From an uncultured delta proteobacterium (GTDB lineage Bacteria > Desulfobacterota > Desulfobacteria > Desulfobacterales > B30-G6): 64,000 nt of DNA. The stretch spans positions 345,409 through 409,408 of the forward strand of contig CAWGLD010000007.1 in assembly GCA_963823335.1 (NCBI GenBank), given 5' to 3'. Position numbers and translations under genes: made by a program. Below are positions 58,700-64,000 of this stretch, one piece after another. A model generated the notes under the pieces. It did not search any database and had not been told where the DNA came from. It saw only the letters and a list, made by a program, of their open reading frames with translations. Positions within the stretch are counted from its first letter, which is position 1. Each line of letters opens with the position of its first letter.

Positions 58700-59548
58700 A
58701 TGAAGAAAATGATCGTGGGAAAAAAAAGAGTCTTAACGATGGTCACGGCAGTCATGCTGGCACTGATGTTCTGCATTGCAGGGACGGTTGTCGCCGATGA
58801 CATCAACCAGGAACTTGCCAAATCCAGCATCATCGACAAGGTCATGCGCAAAGGCACACTGCGGGTGGGTCTCTCTTCATTTGTGCCCTGGGCAATGCAG
58901 GATAAAAAAGGTGAGTGGGTTGGTTTTGAGATCGATGTCGCCAAACAACTGGCCGAGGATATGGGTGTCAAAATTGAATTTGTGCCCACCAAGTGGGAAG
59001 GCCTCATCCCCTCGCTCCTGACTGGTAAGTTCGACATGATTATCGCCGGCATGACCGGAACACCCCAGCGGGCCCTGAAAATCAACTTCACCAATCCTTA
59101 TGACTATTCGGGTATGAATGTCGTGGTCCACAAAGATTTTTCAGCAGGTGTCAGCGACTATATGGATCTGGACAAGAAGGGCAACACCATTGTAGCACGT
59201 CTAGGCACCACCGGCGCCGCATTAGCCAAGGAAACATATAAAAATGCCACGGTCCGCCTGTTTCCCGACGAAGGCCCCATGGTGCAGGAGCTTCTGAACG
59301 GCAAAGCCGCCGCATTTTTGGGTTCGGCACCTCAGCCGGCCCAGCTGGCTGCCAAGTATCCAGATACCCTGGTGTTCCTGGACAAGAACCTGGTCCAGCA
59401 GCCCATCTGTATGGGTGTCCCCAAAGGCGACCCGGATACCCTGGCCTATCTGAACAACTGGATCACGACGGTCCGCAACAATGGCTTCATCCAAAAGAAA
59501 GTCGATTACTGGTGGAAGAGCCTCGAATGGGAGTCCTTACTGCAGTAA
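58700..59548 (+). CDS. Polar amino-acid ABC transporter substrate-binding protein (family 3)
   Basis: Signal peptide, GFEIDVAKQLA, WEGLIPSLLTGKFD, FTNPY. Confidence 0.95.
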   Translation: MKKMIVGKKRVLTMVTAVMLALMFCIAGTVVADDINQELAKSSIIDKVMRKGTLRVGLSSFVPWAMQDKKGEWVGFEIDVAKQLAEDMGVKIEFVPTKWEGLIPSLLTGKFDMIIAGMTGTPQRALKINFTNPYDYSGMNVVVHKDFSAGVSDYMDLDKKGNTIVARLGTTGAALAKETYKNATVRLFPDEGPMVQELLNGKAAAFLGSAPQPAQLAAKYPDTLVFLDKNLVQQPICMGVPKGDPDTLAYLNNWITTVRNNGFIQKKVDYWWKSLEWESLLQ

Positions 59549-59664
59549 CGTCGCTCATAATGCCAGTCATTTGGTTGTCACAGAAACGAGTCAACATCGA
59601 ATCCCGCAGCTGCGGGATTCGATGTTGAGCGTTCATTATTGAAATATCGCAGAGTGAAGCTGGT

Positions 59665-60549
59665 ATGTACAAAAGAAATCTCCGCTTGAAAACATCTGAT
59701 GTCATTGCCGGCGCCATTCTCTTGGCCGTCGCCGTGGCCATCTATTACCGGGTGGAAATCGGGCTCAATTACAAATGGAACTGGGATAAAATCCCCCAGT
59801 TCCTGTACCGCTTTGACGATGAGAGTGGCAAGTGGGTATCCAACGTGTTGATGTGGGGCCTTTTCAACACCATCCGCCTCAGTATCTTCGGCACCATCCT
59901 GGCCATCGTCCTGGGTACGATCATGGGTATCTGCCGGTCTTCAAAGGTGGTGTTCCTCAGGCTCGTCAGCGGCACCTATGTTGAAACCATGCGCAACCTC
60001 CCGCCCCTTGTAATCATCTTTATCGTCTATTTTTTCATCGGAAACCATCTGTTGCCCTACAGCGGCATCGGGGCCGCTCTGGAAGGCCGGGACAACTTCC
60101 TGGTAACCCTCGTGACTTTCTGCTTTTCTCGGCCGGAGCACCTCACCACGTTCCTGTCCGCGCTCTTCACCCTGGCGATCTTCGAAGGCGCCTATATCAC
60201 CGAAATTGTCAGGGCCGGGATCCAGTCCATTCACAGGGGCCAGTGGGAAGCCGCCCACTCCCTGGGAATGACAAAATACCAGATGATGCGTTACATCATT
60301 CTGCCTCAGGCCTTTCAGCGAATATTACCACCAATGGCCGGGCAGTTTGTTTCCCTGATCAAGGATTCCTCCATCGTTTCGGTCATTTCCATACCCGAAC
60401 TCTCCTTCAGGGCCAATGAGCTCATGACCGGCACGCTCCTCACCATGGAGATCTGGATTACGGTAACGATACTATACCTGATGCTGACGCTGCCCTGCTC
60501 GATCGCTATCCAGAAACTGGAGGATCGTGTCTCCAGGGGATTGCGCTAA
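59665..60549 (+). CDS. Polar amino-acid ABC transporter permease
   Basis: RNLPPLV, AYITEIVRAGIQS, GQWEAA, LIKDSS. Confidence 0.95.
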   Translation: MYKRNLRLKTSDVIAGAILLAVAVAIYYRVEIGLNYKWNWDKIPQFLYRFDDESGKWVSNVLMWGLFNTIRLSIFGTILAIVLGTIMGICRSSKVVFLRLVSGTYVETMRNLPPLVIIFIVYFFIGNHLLPYSGIGAALEGRDNFLVTLVTFCFSRPEHLTTFLSALFTLAIFEGAYITEIVRAGIQSIHRGQWEAAHSLGMTKYQMMRYIILPQAFQRILPPMAGQFVSLIKDSSIVSVISIPELSFRANELMTGTLLTMEIWITVTILYLMLTLPCSIAIQKLEDRVSRGLR

Positions 60550-60601
60550 GGACTAAGGATAAAAACCCAGGTCAGGTCAATTTGTTGGATTATGTGGGTC
60601 C

Positions 60602-61645
60602 AAAAGGGGTCAAGTCTACATTTGACTTTTTCTAATTTTTTCCTTTAAAATCTGGATCTCTTTTCCAATTTTTCCATCTGTTTTGGTAAGATGTGATATT
60701 TTATGAACGATACTGCTCACAGTACTGTAAGCGTTAATTTTAAATACTTTTTTTATACTGTTAAGGTCATCTCCGCGCATTTGGCGCATCAAATAGATTG
60801 CAACATTTCTCGGCATATTAAATACACCCCTCCGGGAAATCAATAAATCCTTATGGTAAACGTTGTAATACTTACAAACAGCATCGATTATCACGTCGGG
60901 TGTTGGTGCTAAGCACTTTGATTCCGGAACCTCATACCTGGTTTTATTGAGATAATATTTTTCCTTTATTTGAGAGATGAAACTTTCTGGCCCGAACAAT
61001 GATGGTAAGTTCTTTTTTGAAAACAACAGGGTGACATCCGATGAATCATCTTCCTGCATAAATGCTATGAATTCTTTCGTTCGTCCCTGCTTTTTTGGCG
61101 TGATCATTTCAAATATGTGCTCTTTATATAGCCAGTTCCATTTTTTGGCAAAAGACAGATATCCCTGATAGCTGCTCCAAGGATATTTCTGTATACTTTT
61201 AACAATCCCGGCTTTAACCGGGTTTTTATGTATGTACCTTACCAATTGAAGTAGATAATTGTCATCGGAAACCAAAATTGACTTATACCGTCCCCGAAAA
61301 AGCGGCCCGTCATATCCATGTCGTCGATTGTATTTTTGAGTATAAACGCCGTTCAGGTGTCTCATGCATCTTGAAATATTGCCTTCCGGGGTTTGAAGAA
61401 GAATATGGTAATGATTGTTCATCAAACAATAAGCTGCGATATGGACGTTCCACAGCTCTGATATTTCAATCAATAGATCGATAAAATGATCATAATCCTG
61501 CTTGTCTGAAAATATGGTTTCAGATCTGCGTCCTCGATTGATAACATGATACCATGCATCTGGATATGCTATTCTTAGTGGGCGCGACATAGTTGTTTCA
61601 TATCATTAAAAACAATAAAGGTCAAATATAGACTTGACCCCTTTT
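60602..61645. mobile_element. RAYT-like element bounded by 29-bp inverted, hairpin-forming ends
   Basis: AAAAGGGGTCAAGTCTACATTTGACTTTT (60602-60630) matches the reverse complement of 61617-61645 at 27/29. The interior is AT-rich relative to neighbours. Confidence 0.8.
60616..61590 (-). CDS. HUH Y1 (IS200-like/RAYT) transposase with C-terminal DnaA_C-like HTH
   Basis: MSRPLRI...YHVINRG, YCLMNNHYH (HUH), LFRGRYKS, YIHKNP, WSSY; C-terminal PRNVAIYL...YSTVS. Confidence 0.9.
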   Translation of the reverse strand: MSRPLRIAYPDAWYHVINRGRRSETIFSDKQDYDHFIDLLIEISELWNVHIAAYCLMNNHYHILLQTPEGNISRCMRHLNGVYTQKYNRRHGYDGPLFRGRYKSILVSDDNYLLQLVRYIHKNPVKAGIVKSIQKYPWSSYQGYLSFAKKWNWLYKEHIFEMITPKKQGRTKEFIAFMQEDDSSDVTLLFSKKNLPSLFGPESFISQIKEKYYLNKTRYEVPESKCLAPTPDVIIDAVCKYYNVYHKDLLISRRGVFNMPRNVAIYLMRQMRGDDLNSIKKVFKINAYSTVSSIVHKISHLTKTDGKIGKEIQILKEKIRKSQM

Positions 61646-61664
61646 CTGCACTTTACCTTCCGGC

Positions 61665-62514
61665 TCATTCAACTTTGTAGGTCACTGTAATCATCCAGGA
61701 AGTATAATTCTCATGGAACCTTTTGAGCACCTCGACCACTCTTTCTTTGAATGTCTCCTCGATGATCTTTGTCTGCCCGGGCCAGAGCTTGATCTTGATA
61801 CGCAGATAGCGCCATTGACCCTCTTTGGCATCCTTGATTCCAAAGATTTCCGGCAAGGCAAGAATGATCGATGTGTGTTGGTAATACATTCCCCGGGCAA
61901 TTGACTGGATCGCCTGGGACATCTCCTTTTCATCGATACCCCGGGGCAGTTGAATGTCCACGTAGGCACGGATACAGCCGCCACGAAACTGGCTGATCAC
62001 GGCAATATTTCTGTTGGGGATTAAGATCCGCTGGCCGTGCAGGTTAATCAGTGTGGTGAATCTGAGCCCGATGGTATCGACCCTGCCGATTTCATCACCC
62101 AGTTTGACCACTTCCCCGATATTGAGTGCATCCGAAAAAATCAGCGTCAGCCCAATCACCACATCCTGTACAAATCCCTGCAGGCCAAAACCGACCGCTA
62201 ACCCAATGACCGTTGCACTGGCAAAATAGGCTGTCAGCGAAATTTTAAATTCGCGCAGAATCATGCCAACGGCCACAAAGTAGATCGTAAACGTCGCCGC
62301 ACTGACCAGGAGGGTGACGATGGTGGCAAGCTTCGGATATCTGCGGGCCAGGCTCGCTTCGGTATGTTGCTTTGCTGTCGACCTTCATCATCAGCAAATA
62401 TTGGCTGAACTGGCGGATACCCTTGACGGCAAAGTGTGCGACCAGCGTTAAAGCGACAATGAGAAAAATTCTCAAAACCGGATGAATGTCTGCCAAAATG
62501 TTCACAAGCTTCAT
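61665..62514 (-). pseudogene. MscS-family mechanosensitive channel, frameshifted
   Basis: The N-terminus MKLVNILADIHP... (ATG 62514) and the MscS core (GLAVGFGLQ...IGLRFT...IPN) are in different frames; shift near 62360-62375. Confidence 0.75.
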
Positions 62515-62531
62515 TCTGTTGCCTGCACTTC

Positions 62532-62703
62532 TAGAAGCCATCTCAAAAAAAGGATTTTGGCTCAAGTTCAAGGCGGGCCCGAACTTCAACCCGCAGGTGC
62601 CCGCAGGAAATGCCCTTGGGGTGCATACTCAAGTATTCCGAGGAGTTGAAGCAAGGGACCAACACAGAAATTGGGCTAAAAAACTTTTTTGAGATAGCTT
62701 CTA
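62532..62703. mobile_element. MITE (~170 bp)
   Basis: TIRs TAGAAGCCATCTCAAAAAA / TTTTTTGAGATAGCTTCTA (18/19), TA at both ends, no coding capacity. Confidence 0.8.
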
Positions 62704-63216
62704 ATCTTTTTTAGGCTTTTGCTTACGCAGCCATGCCGCCTGAAACCAGATTCCAGCGGCTATCAAGACCAAAAAGAGAACCACCTCCGCTTGCGGATTC
62801 CAAACCAAGACCTGAACGACGAGAATGGAACCGACAATCGATGACAGCACAATGAGCGCACCGTCGAACAATACATATAGCAGGATCGCTCCTAATAGGC
62901 CCCCCAAAATATTGATCACGGGAACGGATGTAAATCCCATCAGGACCGTGAGATATGCGCCGACAGCACTTCCGGCTGCAAAACCGCCCAAGATGATGGC
63001 CAGGGTCTGAAAAAAAACGGCTACCAATGCGCCTCCCAGCCCGCACAGCAATGCACCTGTCCAAGCCACCCAGGAGGGCTGCAACCCCAGATACTGATGC
63101 GCCACCTGATATCCGGCCACAAAGCCCACGCATCCAACAAACACCCAGAACAGCCTGCGGCCCAGTGTCAGAAGCACGACGCCGATCACACCATGTAGCA
63201 ATTCAATCATGTTCAC
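62701..63216 (-). CDS. Gly-rich multi-TM membrane protein (DUF4203-like)
   Basis: LLTLGRRLFWVFVG, several TM helices, GIWFQ C-terminus. Confidence 0.75.
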   Translation of the reverse strand: MNMIELLHGVIGVVLLTLGRRLFWVFVGCVGFVAGYQVAHQYLGLQPSWVAWTGALLCGLGGALVAVFFQTLAIILGGFAAGSAVGAYLTVLMGFTSVPVINILGGLLGAILLYVLFDGALIVLSSIVGSILVVQVLVWNPQAEVVLFLVLIAAGIWFQAAWLRKQKPKKD

Positions 63217-63293
63217 CTTTTCATTGAATCCATTCCATGTTTTCTGCCAACTACAACCGAAGCAAAAACCACCAAGGTCATGGTCGCATAAAA

Positions 63294-63938
63294 TCAGGCC
63301 TCACGATCCAGGCGATACAGAATGGCAATTATTATCAGACTGCCGATTAGCATCCAGACCGGACCGAACAACCACAGGGCTATCGGCACAGACAGATAAA
63401 ACCCCCGCATACCGATGGTGTAATGCAGCGCCCCGTGATTGAGCACCTGGGTAACGGCTTTCTCGGAAACAGTGGCATCGTTGTGTTCAAAGGTATTGAT
63501 CATGAACCCGGCGTGATTGTAATAACGGATTGATAAGGTAAAGTTAAAAAAGGTGAAAAAGAACACTACACCCAGCAGCATCAGTTTGAACATCCACACT
63601 GCTTCGGTTTTGGTTCCGAGCAGATTGAGCGCATGGGATAGTTCACTGAACACACCCGTTCGAAAGGCTGCGCTGAACGAGCCGAGGCTGATGAGAATCG
63701 CTGTAGACGCCAAAAATGTGGAGGCCATGACCTGGTTGCGCAATGTCTGTACCACCAGGAGGTCGTGTTTGTCTCTTATGACCCCTTTGACCCACATCTG
63801 TCGTGCATGATTCGTAATACCGACACTCGTTGTCAACGGCTTTCGCCGAATCTGTATATAGAGATGCGTGTGATACCCTATAATAATGAGCGCAGTTAAC
63901 ACCACGAGCAGGATTTCCGGCAACAATACCACGGGCAT
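63294..63938 (-). CDS. DUF599-family membrane protein
   Basis: VQTLRN...STFLAST, SIRYYNH, GMRGFY...LWLFGP. Confidence 0.85.
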   Translation of the reverse strand: MPVVLLPEILLVVLTALIIIGYHTHLYIQIRRKPLTTSVGITNHARQMWVKGVIRDKHDLLVVQTLRNQVMASTFLASTAILISLGSFSAAFRTGVFSELSHALNLLGTKTEAVWMFKLMLLGVVFFFTFFNFTLSIRYYNHAGFMINTFEHNDATVSEKAVTQVLNHGALHYTIGMRGFYLSVPIALWLFGPVWMLIGSLIIIAILYRLDREA

Positions 63939-64000
63939 GTTGAGCTCCTAAGTAGAACGTAAAAGGTCGCTTAGAATACTGCTGCAACTGTATATCAGAT

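Noticed and set aside
1-64000. tRNA, rRNA or cobalamin riboswitch
   Set aside because: None recognised by eye. A covariance-model scan (Rfam, tRNAscan-SE) would be needed to exclude them.

Overview
Bacterial DNA, probably from an anaerobic Desulfobacterota-type organism (inferred from gene content and repeat style). The first ~23 kb is a mixed region: acyl-CoA dehydrogenase, SPFH pair, rhomboid, Opp-type ABC transporter with a P1 peptidase, a stand-alone NrdD C-terminal domain behind NrdR-like boxes, a transglutaminase/ABC module, a multiheme cytochrome and a B12 radical SAM. From 23.2 to 60.5 kb lies a coherent catabolic island joining two histidine-utilisation (Hut) branches to a corrinoid methyltransferase system. 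One branch is canonical (HutC, HutU, HutH). The other has altered active-site motifs in HutH, HutU and HutI, plus split formiminotransferase and cyclodeaminase genes. The methyl-transfer set is three pyrrolysine-free MttB proteins, a pyrrolysine-free MtmB, a corrinoid protein, a RamA-like activator and an MtaA/URO-D-family protein. Two paralogous Mo-bisPGD enzymes and a polar amino-acid ABC transporter complete the island. A perfect HutC-type operator precedes the methyltransferase operon, so I infer anaerobic catabolism of methylated and/or thiolated histidines (hercynine, ergothioneine, ovothiol, methylhistidines); the substrate is not proven. Two probable selenoproteins are missed or truncated by the ORF track: the MtaA-like protein (UGA at the conserved APGC cysteine plus a SECIS-like hairpin) and a 52-aa membrane peptide with a UxxxxC motif. 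Intergenic spaces carry several short-repeat/MITE families, relics of four-helix-bundle genes, and a RAYT-like transposase with 29-bp inverted ends. No rRNA, tRNA or CRISPR array was recognised.
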